Shown here: positions 1-8,453 of the stretch, one piece after another
Numbering within the stretch: the stretch's first letter is position 1
Layout of the letters: every line of letters starts with the position of its first letter
Source of the DNA: Cyanobacteriota bacterium
GTDB lineage: Bacteria; Cyanobacteriota; Cyanobacteriia; PCC-6307; Cyanobiaceae
DNA: 64,000 nucleotides
Reading direction: 5' to 3'
NCBI GenBank assembly: GCA_046052125.1
Contig: JBJOMY010000001.1
Coordinates: 64,001 to 128,000, forward strand
Position numbers and translations under genes: made by a program
Notes under the pieces: model-generated
The model's input: only the letters and a program-made list of their open reading frames with translations
Told to the model about the DNA's origin: nothing
Database searches by the model: none

Positions 1-811
1 CCTCGTGAAGGGCCTGGGGCTCTTGAACGCCATAAACGCTCACCAGCTGTTCGAGCCGTTCCTCCAGGGGGCGCTGCACCTCCAGCAGCGGCGCCTGCTG
101 CATCTGTTTCCAGAGGCCTGCAGGGATGCGGCATCGCCCCACCTGCACGCTTTCGGCCTCCAGCCAGATCTGATGGGCGTTGCGATAGCCGTGGAGCGCC
201 ATCGCGATCCGGTTCTCGTAGTGCTCGGTGCTCGGCTGGGGCGGCATACCAAGGTTGCCGAAGCTGCTGCCGCGGTGATGCGCCAGACCCTCCAGGTCGA
301 TCACGGCGGCGTCTTGTTCGGCCAGGGCCAGGAGCAGATCGGTTTTGCCACTGCCGGTGCGGCCGCCGAGCAGGTGAATGGGCCAGCTGGTCTCAAACAG
401 CGCCAGAACCCAGCGCCGAAAGGCCTTGTATCCCCCCTCCAGCAGCAGCACCGGCAGATCCAGCTGCCCCGCAAGCCAGGCCACGCTTTCTGAGCGCATG
501 CCCCCGCGCCAGCAGTGCAGGCGCAGCGGAGCGCCGCCCTCGGCTTCACCCGCCCAGGCTGTTAATTGGGCCGCCAGCTCCCCCAGGCGCGGCCCCACCA
601 GCTCGAGCCCCAGCTGAACGGCGGCCTGTCTGCCCTGCTGTTTGTAGGTGGTGCCCACCGCCGCCCGTTGCTCATCGCTGAAGAGGGGCAGGTTGCGTGC
701 CCCTGGCAGATGGCCCTGTTGGTACTCAGCCGGCGCCCGCACATCCACGATCGGGCCCCGGCCGCTCAGGAAGCGATCCACCGGTTCGCGAATCAGCTGA
801 GCCCCCGCCAT
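1..811 (-). CDS. mnmH: tRNA 2-selenouridine synthase (5' part; runs off the window's left edge)
   Basis: Not in the ORF track (no stop in window); translated by hand from ATG 811: MAGAQLIREPVDRFLSGRGPIVDVRAPAEYQQGHLPGARNLPLFSDEQRAAVGTTYKQQG (rhodanese domain), later LLGGRTGSGKTDLL (P-loop) and DLEGLAHHRGSSFG, characteristic of SelU/MnmH. Confidence 0.92.
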   Translation of the reverse strand, partial: MAGAQLIREPVDRFLSGRGPIVDVRAPAEYQQGHLPGARNLPLFSDEQRAAVGTTYKQQGRQAAVQLGLELVGPRLGELAAQLTAWAGEAEGGAPLRLHCWRGGMRSESVAWLAGQLDLPVLLLEGGYKAFRRWVLALFETSWPIHLLGGRTGSGKTDLLLALAEQDAAVIDLEGLAHHRGSSFGNLGMPPQPSTEHYENRIAMALHGYRNAHQIWLEAESVQVGRCRIPAGLWKQMQQAPLLEVQRPLEERLEQLVSVYGVQEPQALHE

Positions 812-888
812 CAACGAATCCGCCCGACCCCGTCCATGCCTGACATAGTGGGCCAACGCTGGCCCCATGGCAGGTCTGTTCTCCCTTC

Positions 889-1611
889 ATGCTTTCCGGA
901 CCCCCCGTAACGACGACGGTTAGCCCTGAGCAGCTGCTGGAGCGACTCATTGCAGCAGCCCCTCGACAACGGCGCAGCTTGCTCAGCCAGGTGCAACAGC
1001 GCTCTGATGAGTTGCGGCCGCTGATCCCAGAGCAGCTCGATCGCCTGGATGCCACAGGAGACGACTGGGTCGCAGGTCTGCTGATCCAACTGCTCGTCGC
1101 CCAGGACGACGCCCTCGCTCAGTCGTTCCGCCAGCGCTATGCCGACGGATGGCTGGCAGTGACCAGCGCCAGCAGCATCGATTACGCCCCGCTGCAGCGG
1201 GCCCTGGTGGAGCAGCAGTTCGAGGAGGCTGATCGTCTCACCAGCGAACACCTGCGTCAGCTGGCTGGTGAGGCAGCGGTGAAGCGTGGGTACGTGTATT
1301 ACTCCGAGGTTCCGCCGATCGCCTCGGTCGACCTGGAAAGCATCGATCGCCTTTGGGTGGTGTACTCCCAGGGCCGCTTCGGTTTTTCGGTGCAGATCCG
1401 CCTGCTGCGCTCCCTCAATGGCCGCTGGGAGCAGCTTTGGCCCCGTTTGGGCTGGAAGCAGGGCGGCGTGTGGACCCGTTATCCCTCCGCCTTCACCTGG
1501 TCGCTGGAGGCGCCAGACGGGCACCTGCCCCTCGTGAATCAGCTGCGCGGCGTGCGCCTGATGGATGCGCTGCTCTCCCATCCCGGCCTGCAACAGCGCG
1601 TATCGGCCTGA
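889..1611 (+). CDS. gun4: GUN4/Ycf53 porphyrin-binding regulator of Mg-chelatase
   Basis: 240 aa; DYAPLQRALVEQQFEEADRLT, IDRLWVVYSQGRFGFSVQ and APDGHLPLVNQLRGVRL are GUN4 core motifs. Confidence 0.92.
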   Translation: MLSGPPVTTTVSPEQLLERLIAAAPRQRRSLLSQVQQRSDELRPLIPEQLDRLDATGDDWVAGLLIQLLVAQDDALAQSFRQRYADGWLAVTSASSIDYAPLQRALVEQQFEEADRLTSEHLRQLAGEAAVKRGYVYYSEVPPIASVDLESIDRLWVVYSQGRFGFSVQIRLLRSLNGRWEQLWPRLGWKQGGVWTRYPSAFTWSLEAPDGHLPLVNQLRGVRLMDALLSHPGLQQRVSA

Positions 1612-1676
1612 AGGCCTGAGCCTGGCTGAGCGGTAGTTTCAAATCCATGCACGGCCCATCGGCCGGCGTGGCTTCG

Positions 1677-2066
1677 ATGGCGTATCGCTGGGCCGATTTC
1701 ATCACCCCCTCCACCCTGCAGTTGGCACCACTGCTGGAGGTGTTGCTGGAGCCGATCGCCTGCGCGCAGCAGATGGCCTCTCTGCAGCTGGGATTGCAGG
1801 AAGTGCTGGTGAATGCTGTGCGTCACGGCAACGGCAACGACCCCGCGAAATGCCTGCGGGTGCGCCGGATCGTGACGCCCCGCTGGTGGGTGTTTCAGGT
1901 GCAGGATGAGGGGGTTGGCCTGCCCGCCTCCTGCCGCAGCGGCTCCTTGCCTGATGCAGCTGATGCGATCTGCGGCCGCGGGCTTTACCTCATCCACAGC
2001 TGCTTCGATGACGTGCGCTGGAGCAGTCGCGGCAACCGGGTGCAGGTGGCGCTGCGGCGTCAGTGA
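1677..2066 (+). CDS. RsbW-like anti-sigma factor / HATPase_c ATP-binding protein
   Basis: LQEVLVNAVRHGN (N box), VQDEGVG (G1), GRGLYLI (G2); start 1677 or 1647. Confidence 0.8.
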   Translation: MAYRWADFITPSTLQLAPLLEVLLEPIACAQQMASLQLGLQEVLVNAVRHGNGNDPAKCLRVRRIVTPRWWVFQVQDEGVGLPASCRSGSLPDAADAICGRGLYLIHSCFDDVRWSSRGNRVQVALRRQ

Positions 2067-2374
2067 CCGTGGCTCGGGCAGCCAGGGTCTTTGCGTTCAC
2101 CCCGCAGCCAGCCCAGGCCGTGCTCTAGCAGCTCGATTGATTGACGGCGCTGCTCCGTGGTGAGGGATGCGTTCGGCGGGTTGGCGGGATCGAGCAGGAT
2201 CACCAGGGCCGCCGCCAGCTGTTCTGCGGCCCGTCGCTGCGGCTGGGCTTTGTAGGCATGCCAGTTGCGGTTATCGATTGTGAGCAACCGATGCAGGGCC
2301 TCCGCCGTATCGCGGCTCGCTTCAGGCCACTGCTGACTGGCTGACACTGGACGAAACTTCGGTTCGAGCGCCAT
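2060..2374 (-). CDS. conserved cyanobacterial hypothetical protein (DUF6439-like)
   Basis: 104 aa; LTIDNRNWH..RRAAEQLAAAL..WLRGERKDPGCPSHG resembles a recalled cyanobacterial family. Confidence 0.65.
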   Translation of the reverse strand: MALEPKFRPVSASQQWPEASRDTAEALHRLLTIDNRNWHAYKAQPQRRAAEQLAAALVILLDPANPPNASLTTEQRRQSIELLEHGLGWLRGERKDPGCPSHGH

Positions 2375-2383
2375 CCTGACGCC

Positions 2384-2656
2384 ATGCAGCAGCGTCCGCG
2401 TTCACCACACACTCCCATTCGTTGGCTGCATCAGCTGGCCAACCTGATGGCGCAGGTGTCGCGTGCAGAGCGCATCGGCTCAGTAGACGAGAGCCTTCAG
2501 GCCCGGCGGCTAAGGCAGCGTATGGCGTTGGCGCAGCGCTTGCTCGATCCACTGCCGGCGCCGCTCAGGCCCAACAACTGGCAGGAAACCTGCCTCTGGA
2601 CAGGCCTGCGTTGGGGAGGGCTCGGGGTGGTGTTGTCCCTGTGGCTGCGTCGTTAG
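2384..2656 (+). CDS. hypothetical protein with C-terminal hydrophobic segment
   Basis: 90-aa ORF filling the gap between neighbours; ends LWTGLRWGGLGVVLSLWLRR. Confidence 0.55.
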   Translation: MQQRPRSPHTPIRWLHQLANLMAQVSRAERIGSVDESLQARRLRQRMALAQRLLDPLPAPLRPNNWQETCLWTGLRWGGLGVVLSLWLRR

Positions 2657-2976
2657 GCGGCTAAGCGGATCAGTGGTTCCAGGTCTGGACGCTCCAGTGG
2701 GGTGGGCTCCACCTCGGCGCTGGCGCCGCTCAATGGAGGTGCGACTGGGGCGGGCGGTAGGCGTTGCCCCCTGAGCCAGGCGTTGTGCAGGGCACGCCGG
2801 CGCTGGTCTTCCGCCAGCACCAGCCGATCTGCCGCCACGATCGGGCTTTCACCGGGAAGGAGCGGGGAGCGCAGACAGATCCCGAAGCCGTGGGCTTCCA
2901 CCTGCACGCACCCCTCCATGAACACGGTCTGGAAGGTCCAGCCTGCCAACCAACGCACGCTGAACGGATTACTCAT
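2653..2976 (-). CDS. picocyanobacterial hypothetical protein
   Basis: 107-aa ATG ORF downstream of the methyltransferase; VEAHGFGICLR..AADRLVLAEDQRRRAL core. Confidence 0.65.
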   Translation of the reverse strand: MSNPFSVRWLAGWTFQTVFMEGCVQVEAHGFGICLRSPLLPGESPIVAADRLVLAEDQRRRALHNAWLRGQRLPPAPVAPPLSGASAEVEPTPLERPDLEPLIRLAA

Positions 2977-3033
2977 GCCCTATTCGCTCGTGTGCGGACC
3001 CTATGGCGCTCAGGCCCGCAGCACGGCTGTTTG

Positions 3034-4089
3034 TCAGGGCTTGGTGGCACTCCAGACGCGGGTCATCAGGTGCGAGGTGGCCCGAATCCCACTGAACCCT
3101 GCGGCCACTAAACGCGCATCGATGTCATCGCCGATGTAATCGCGGTAGTAGGGCTCGTGGAACACGCGCCGGAAGTTATCCATCGCGGTTTCAAATTGAG
3201 GTGAATCCGCCAGCTGCACGGAATCGGCCAACACCAGAACGCCACCGGGCTCCAGCACGCGGAAGCAATCGTTGATCACCGCCTGCCGAGCCTCGGCCGG
3301 TAGTTCGTGCATCAGAAACACACAGGTCACGCCCTGCATGCTGCCGCTGGCGAAGGGCATGGTTTCGGCATTGCCCTGCACCAACTGAGGGAGCTCGTTG
3401 GGGAGCTGGCTCAGCCAGCGGTTCGCCTGGCGTAGATACGCGGCTGAAAGATCCAGTCCCACCAGCTGTGCCTGGGGTAGCGCCGCCCGCACTTGCCGCA
3501 GGGTGCGACCCGTTCCTGTGGCCACATCCAGCACCCGCAGTTGGCTGGGGGAGCGATCGGCGAAGGCCCGCATACCCTGAATCAACGGTTTGATCACGCG
3601 GCGCCGCATCGGATCGGCCGTGCCGTTGAACAGGATCTCCACCTGCAGGTCGTAGAGCGAGGCCGAGTGATCGCTCAGGTAGCCGTCGGTCTGGTGGTGG
3701 AAGTTCTGGAGGTAGTAATCGGGGTAACTGGCGCTGTCCACATCCGTGGGCAGATCCGTCACGTTGCGTTCGCTGCGCCGATTCCAGGTGCTCGGCATGT
3801 CGAGCCACACCATCGGGTAGCGCGCGGCCCAATCCAGCCAGGGCGCATCAAACAGCAGGCTGGTGGGATAGAGCCCTTGCTCGGCCTCCTCCCAATCGAG
3901 CTCCATCAGCGCTGCGTTGGAGGCCTGCAGATCTCCCAGCATTTGAGGCGGGATCGGCAGGGTCTTCGGTGCGCCTTTCGGTGCCACCAGCTCCATCAGC
4001 TTGGTGCTCACTTCCTTATGGGCCACCCCCACCAGACTCTTGCCCTGCTGAAGGGCTTGATACGCGAGCTTGGTCAGTGGATCGGCCAT
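3034..4089 (-). CDS. class I SAM-dependent methyltransferase
   Basis: VLDVATGTG motif I, LVGLDLS, CFRVLEPGG; YYLQNFHHQTDGYLS is typical of the cyanobacterial family; ATG at 4089. Confidence 0.9.
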   Translation of the reverse strand: MADPLTKLAYQALQQGKSLVGVAHKEVSTKLMELVAPKGAPKTLPIPPQMLGDLQASNAALMELDWEEAEQGLYPTSLLFDAPWLDWAARYPMVWLDMPSTWNRRSERNVTDLPTDVDSASYPDYYLQNFHHQTDGYLSDHSASLYDLQVEILFNGTADPMRRRVIKPLIQGMRAFADRSPSQLRVLDVATGTGRTLRQVRAALPQAQLVGLDLSAAYLRQANRWLSQLPNELPQLVQGNAETMPFASGSMQGVTCVFLMHELPAEARQAVINDCFRVLEPGGVLVLADSVQLADSPQFETAMDNFRRVFHEPYYRDYIGDDIDARLVAAGFSGIRATSHLMTRVWSATKP

Positions 4090-4220
4090 GGAGTGGCGCA
4101 CGGAGTCAGCGAGCACCCATTCCAGCGGATCCTGGGTTGGACTGCGATCGGCTCTGATCAGGCCTTGGAAGTGTGCCTGGCTGAACCCAGATCACGTTTC
4201 TTGGAGCGGCCTTTGCATTG

Positions 4221-4234
4221 GTAGCAACCGCTAC
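4221..4234. promoter_or_regulatory. NtcA binding site (perfect GTA-N8-TAC), probably in a repressing position for the 4268 ORF
   Basis: GTA-GCAACCGC-TAC, ending 33 nt before ATG 4268 and directly after a TTGCAT -35-like hexamer (4213-4218). Confidence 0.75.
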
Positions 4235-4267
4235 AGAATGAAGCTATGAGATCCATGGGAGGGAGCT

Positions 4268-4498
4268 ATGAGCAACACCCCTGAAAGCACTCGCCAAAGC
4301 GAGCCGCTCTATGTGGACTGGATGCGCAGCCGTCAGCAGGAGCAGCACCGCCATCAGCCTGTGCTGCGTCAACGGGAGGCCAAGGCTGATCAGAGCGAGG
4401 GCTCTGATGTGCACGCTCAGGAGATGGCCTGGGCCGAGCGCCATGCCCACGAGCGCAGGCTGCACGACAGCGCGATCGCCCAGTTGCGGCATCGCTGA
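4268..4498 (+). CDS. small hydrophilic protein; candidate glutamine synthetase inactivating factor-like protein
   Basis: 76 aa; GGAGG Shine-Dalgarno at 4258-4262; R/Q/E/H-rich; convergent with glnA; function inferred only. Confidence 0.7.
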   Translation: MSNTPESTRQSEPLYVDWMRSRQQEQHRHQPVLRQREAKADQSEGSDVHAQEMAWAERHAHERRLHDSAIAQLRHR

Positions 4499-4503
4499 GT
4501 CAT

Positions 4504-4533
4504 AAAAAAGGCCCCGGGCCAGAAGCCCGGGGC
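4504..4533 (-). terminator. intrinsic terminator of glnA
   Basis: Minus strand GCCCCGGGC-TTCTG-GCCCGGGGC hairpin followed by CTTTTTT. Confidence 0.85.
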
Positions 4534-4572
4534 AACCTGAAGAGCAGGAAACGTTCAGAAGAACGTTTCGAA

Positions 4573-5991
4573 TCAGGCGTCGTAGTACATGGTGAATTCG
4601 TGGGGGTGGGGCCGCTGGCGCAGCTGCTGCACTTCCTCGTACTTCAGAGCGATCCAGTTGTCGATGAAGTCTTCGGTGAAGACGCCACCGGCCAGCAGGT
4701 ACTCGTGGTCGGCCTTGAGGGCTTCCAGGGAGCCGTTCAGAGAAGCGGGAACCGTGGAGATCTTGGCGAGCTCTTCGGCGGAGAGTTCGAACAGGTCAAC
4801 GTCGGTGCCGTCGCCCGGATCGATTTGGTTCTTGATGCCGTCGATGCCGGCCATCAGCATCGCCGCGAAGCCCAGATAGGGGTTGGAGAGGGCGTCGCCG
4901 GAGCGGAACTCGAGGCGCTTGGCCTTTGGGTTCATGCCGGTGAGCGGGATGCGCACGGCAGCAGAGCGGTTGCCTTGGGAGTACACCAGGTTCACCGGGG
5001 CTTCGAAGCCCGGCACCAGACGCTTGTAGCTGTTGGTGGTGGGGTTGGTGAACGCCAGGAAACTGGGGGCATGCTTCAGCAGGCCGCCGATGTACCAACG
5101 CGCGGTTTGGGAGAGGTTGGCGTAGGTGCCTTCACCCCAGAACAGGGGCTGGCCGCCTTTCCAGAGGCTCTGGTGCACGTGCATGCCGCTGCCGTTGTCG
5201 GCAAAGATCGGCTTGGGCATGAACGTGGCGGTTTTGCCGTACTTCTTGGCAACGTTGCGCACCACGTACTTGTAAATCATCACGTTGTCGGCCGCGCTGA
5301 TCAGTTCGGCGAATTTGATGCCGAGCTCGTGCTGTGCGGTGGCCACCTCGTGGTGCTGCTTCTCGATCGGTACGCCAAGGGCGCCCATGGTGAGCAGCAT
5401 TTCGCTGCGCATGTCCTGCAGGGTGTCGTTGGGGGCGACGGGGAAGTAACCCTCCTTCAGTTGGATCTTGTTGGCGAGGTTGCCGCCTTCCTCAACGCGA
5501 TCGGTGTTCCAGGGGGCTTCGATCGAATCCACGCTGTAGAAGCTGGATCCGTTGGCGCTCTTGTAGCGAACGTCGTCGAAGATGAAGAACTCAGGCTCCG
5601 GACCGAAATAGGCGGTGTCGGCCAGGCCGGTGGTGCCGAGGTAATCGAGAGCCTTCTGCGCCAGAGCCCGGGGGCAGCGGGAATAGGGCTTGCCGCTGCG
5701 GGGCTCCTGGATCGAGCAGATCAGGCTGAGGGTTTTGTGGCTGTAGAAGGGGTCGATCCAGGCGGTGTTGGGGTCGGGCACCATCGCCATGTCCGACTCG
5801 TTGATCGCTTTCCAGCCGCGGATCGACGAACCGTCAAAGGCCACACCTTCAGTGAAGGCGGCTTCGTCGATCAGGTCTTCGCAGACCGTGAGGTGCTGCC
5901 ACTTGCCGTGCAGATCAACGAACTTGAGGTCGATCAGTTCGATGCCCTCGTCCTTGATTTGACGGAGGACGTCCTGGGCGGTTTTGGCCAT
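4573..5991 (-). CDS. glnA: glutamine synthetase type I
   Basis: [49 protein letters not shown] at 5991 (MAKTAQDVL); 472 aa. Confidence 0.99.
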   Translation of the reverse strand: MAKTAQDVLRQIKDEGIELIDLKFVDLHGKWQHLTVCEDLIDEAAFTEGVAFDGSSIRGWKAINESDMAMVPDPNTAWIDPFYSHKTLSLICSIQEPRSGKPYSRCPRALAQKALDYLGTTGLADTAYFGPEPEFFIFDDVRYKSANGSSFYSVDSIEAPWNTDRVEEGGNLANKIQLKEGYFPVAPNDTLQDMRSEMLLTMGALGVPIEKQHHEVATAQHELGIKFAELISAADNVMIYKYVVRNVAKKYGKTATFMPKPIFADNGSGMHVHQSLWKGGQPLFWGEGTYANLSQTARWYIGGLLKHAPSFLAFTNPTTNSYKRLVPGFEAPVNLVYSQGNRSAAVRIPLTGMNPKAKRLEFRSGDALSNPYLGFAAMLMAGIDGIKNQIDPGDGTDVDLFELSAEELAKISTVPASLNGSLEALKADHEYLLAGGVFTEDFIDNWIALKYEEVQQLRQRPHPHEFTMYYDA

Positions 5992-6044
5992 GACGTGAGC
6001 GCTTGAAGGCTGAAGGGGAGCCCGCCTGGAACCGGGCTCGCGGG

Positions 6045-6087
6045 AACGTAGGGAGCGGCCCCACCCTTGCTGTGTATCAGGTGTAAC
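6045..6087 (-). promoter_or_regulatory. NtcA-activated promoter of glnA
   Basis: Minus strand GTT-ACACCTGA-TAC (6087-6074), 23-nt spacer, then TACGTT -10 (6050-6045); fits GTA-N8-TAC-N22-24-TAN3T with one mismatch. Confidence 0.8.
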
Positions 6088-6220
6088 CAAACCTCGGACT
6101 GGGGTGCGCCCTGCGCTTGCGTAACCGTTTCTGTCAACTTGATCAGATCGCCGCACTGGCAAGGGATCTGGGGGTTTGCAGGTGCTACGTTCCGGCTCAG
6201 GTGCGTCGATCCTTCACGCC

Positions 6221-6751
6221 ATGCGCGATGCCATCACCGGTCTGATCGGTCGTTACGACCAACTTGGCCGTTATTTCGATCGCGACGCTGTCGATCGCAT
6301 CGCCAACTACTTCTCTGAGGCTGCGCTTCGCCTCGCGGCGGTTGAGTTGATCAATCGTGAGGCTGCTGAGATTGTGCGCGAGGCCAGCCAGCGTCTCTGG
6401 AAGTCTGATCCCGAACTGCTGCTCCCCGGCGGCAACGCCTACACCACCCGTCGCTGGGCGGCCTGTCTGCGCGACATGGACTACTTCCTGCGCTACGCCA
6501 GCTACGCCCTGGTGGCAGACGACAGCACGATCCTCAATGAGCGTGTGCTCAATGGATTGGACGACACTTATAAGAGCCTCGGCGTGCCCACCGGCCCCAC
6601 GGTGCGCAGCATTGCCCTAATGGCCGATGTGGTGTGCGAGCAATTGCTCGATGGCGGTGTGGCCAGCGCTGAGCAGTTGAACGCTGTGGTGCGTGCTCCC
6701 TTTGAGCACCTCTGCCGCGGCCTCGCTGACAACAACGTTCGCGCCCGCTGA
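6221..6751 (+). CDS. apcF: allophycocyanin beta-18 subunit
   Basis: MRDAITGLIGRYDQLGRYFD, PGGNAYTTRR.AACLRDMDYFLRYASYA, VLNGLDDTYKSLGVP; lies next to glnA as is usual for apcF. Confidence 0.95.
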   Translation: MRDAITGLIGRYDQLGRYFDRDAVDRIANYFSEAALRLAAVELINREAAEIVREASQRLWKSDPELLLPGGNAYTTRRWAACLRDMDYFLRYASYALVADDSTILNERVLNGLDDTYKSLGVPTGPTVRSIALMADVVCEQLLDGGVASAEQLNAVVRAPFEHLCRGLADNNVRAR

Positions 6752-6795
6752 ATCTCTACGAGTTCGTAGGCTCCCCACACAGACCCATCCAGGCC

Positions 6796-7986
6796 TTGGC
6801 AACCTCCACTCCCTCCGTGTCCGATCGGCACCGTCTGAACCTCGGCCCGATCGCCACACCGGATCGGTTGTTGCTGGGGCCAGGCCCCTCGAATGCTCAC
6901 CCCACGGTGCTGCAGGCCCTGAGCCGCACACCGATCGGTCACCTGGACCCTCTCTACGTCGCCCTGATGGGCGAGGTTCAGGAACTGCTTCGCTACGTGT
7001 GGCAAACCGACAATCGCCTCACCTTGCCGATGAGCGGCACCGGCTCGGCGGCGATGGAGGCCACGATCGCCAACATGGTGGAGCCTGGCGACACCGTGCT
7101 AGTGGCCGTGAAGGGCTACTTCGGCCTGCGCCTGCAGGACATGGCCGGCCGCTACCGCGCCGATGTGCGCACGATTGAAAAGCCCTGGGGCGAAGCCTTC
7201 ACGCTCGAGGAGATCGAAGCCGGTCTCAAGCAGCACCGCCCCAAGATCCTGGCGATGGTGCACGCCGAAACCTCCACCGGCGTCCGCCAGCCCATGGAGG
7301 GCATTGGTGATCTCTGCCGTCAGTACGACTGCCTGCTCCTGCTCGACACCGTGACCTCCCTCGGTGCGGTACCGCTCTACCTCGATGAGTGGAAGGTGGA
7401 TCTGGCCTATAGCTGCAGCCAGAAAGGTCTGAGCTGCCCTCCCGGCCTCGGCCCCTTCACCATGGGTCCCCGCGCTGAGGAGAAGCTCGCCGCCCGCACC
7501 GGCAAGGTGCCCAACTGGTACCTGGACGTGAGCCTGCTCAATCAGTACTGGGGGAGCGACCGTGTGTATCACCACACCGCCCCGGTGAACATGAACTTCG
7601 GCATGCGCGAAGCCCTGCGCTTGATCGCCGAGGAAGGCCTTGAGAATGTGTGGGAGCGCCACCGCCTGAACGCCGAGCGCCTCTGGTCTGGCCTTGAGGC
7701 TCTGGGTCTTGAGTGTCACGTGTCGGCGGAGCTGCGGCTGCCCACCCTCACCACGGTTCGAATCCCTGAAGGTGTGGATGGCAAAGCCTTCACCCTTCAC
7801 CTGCTCAACAATCACGGCATTGAGGTGGGCGGCGGCCTCGGCGCCCTGGCCGGCAAGGTGTGGCGGATCGGCCTGATGGGCTACAACAGCCGCGAAGACA
7901 ACGTGGATCGCCTGCTTAACCTGATCGAGCAGGAATTGCCGGCGTTCCGCTCCGCTGCTCCCGCTGTTGCAGCCGCCGCTGCTTGA
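6796..7986 (+). CDS. alanine-glyoxylate / serine-pyruvate aminotransferase (class V PLP)
   Basis: LLLGPGPSN, VHAETSTG, SCSQKGLSCPPG (PLP lysine), YHHTAP, WRIGLMG. Confidence 0.93.
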   Translation: MATSTPSVSDRHRLNLGPIATPDRLLLGPGPSNAHPTVLQALSRTPIGHLDPLYVALMGEVQELLRYVWQTDNRLTLPMSGTGSAAMEATIANMVEPGDTVLVAVKGYFGLRLQDMAGRYRADVRTIEKPWGEAFTLEEIEAGLKQHRPKILAMVHAETSTGVRQPMEGIGDLCRQYDCLLLLDTVTSLGAVPLYLDEWKVDLAYSCSQKGLSCPPGLGPFTMGPRAEEKLAARTGKVPNWYLDVSLLNQYWGSDRVYHHTAPVNMNFGMREALRLIAEEGLENVWERHRLNAERLWSGLEALGLECHVSAELRLPTLTTVRIPEGVDGKAFTLHLLNNHGIEVGGGLGALAGKVWRIGLMGYNSREDNVDRLLNLIEQELPAFRSAAPAVAAAAA

Positions 7987-8416
7987 ACCAGCCCTCCAGC
8001 TGAGCGGCACAGGCCTCAGCTTCCAGCCCACCCTGCACCTGCATGTGGTGGTGGGCACTGGGGTCTTGGCTCAGATCGAGAACACCACCCAGGCCACCTC
8101 GCTTGGGATCGGTGGCGCCAAACACCACTCGTCCAACCCGCGCCTGCACCAGGGCTCCGGCACACATCGGGCAGGGCTCGAGGGTCACGATCAAGGTGCA
8201 GTCGTTGAAGCGCCAGTCCTGGCGCAGCCGGGCGGCCTGCTGGAGCGCCATCAGCTCGGCATGGCCCAACGGGTGTTGATCGTGCTCCCGCCGGTTACTG
8301 CCCCAGCCCACGGCCAGGCCGCTGCCATCCAGCACCACTGCAGCCACGGGAATTTCACCCTCGGCCCCCACCGCCGCTGCGCGCCGCAGCAGGCGCCGCA
8401 TCCACAGGCCCTCCAC
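7916..8416 (-). CDS. tadA: tRNA adenosine deaminase / nucleoside deaminase
   Basis: GEIPVAAVV, HAE and TLEPCPMCAGA zinc motifs; start uncertain (GTG 8416 or ATG 8401). Confidence 0.85.
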   Translation of the reverse strand: MEGLWMRRLLRRAAAVGAEGEIPVAAVVLDGSGLAVGWGSNRREHDQHPLGHAELMALQQAARLRQDWRFNDCTLIVTLEPCPMCAGALVQARVGRVVFGATDPKRGGLGGVLDLSQDPSAHHHMQVQGGLEAEACAAQLEGWFKQRRLQQREQRSGTPAIPARSG

Positions 8417-8453
8417 CGCGTGCCCCAGAACCCCACTCCAAGCTGTCTGAACA

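Noticed and set aside
5..910. Plus-strand ORFs 5-493 and 566-910
   Set aside because: They lie antisense to the clear mnmH/selU reading frame
4090..4267. Possible glutamine riboswitch (glnA or Downstream-peptide motif) ahead of the small ORF
   Set aside because: I could not find the CGUU...GAACG core, and there is little room between the NtcA box and the RBS
4600..6006. 468-aa ORF antisense to glnA; similar long antisense ORFs over sir (28979-30307), the U32 gene (36181-37707), glpX (45595-46800) and ilvD (52857-54374)
   Set aside because: Shadow frames typical of high-GC, strongly codon-biased genes; no recognisable motifs
5992..6162. 57-aa N-terminal extension of GlnA in the ORF track
   Set aside because: It spans the NtcA promoter; ATG 5991 gives the canonical GS I length
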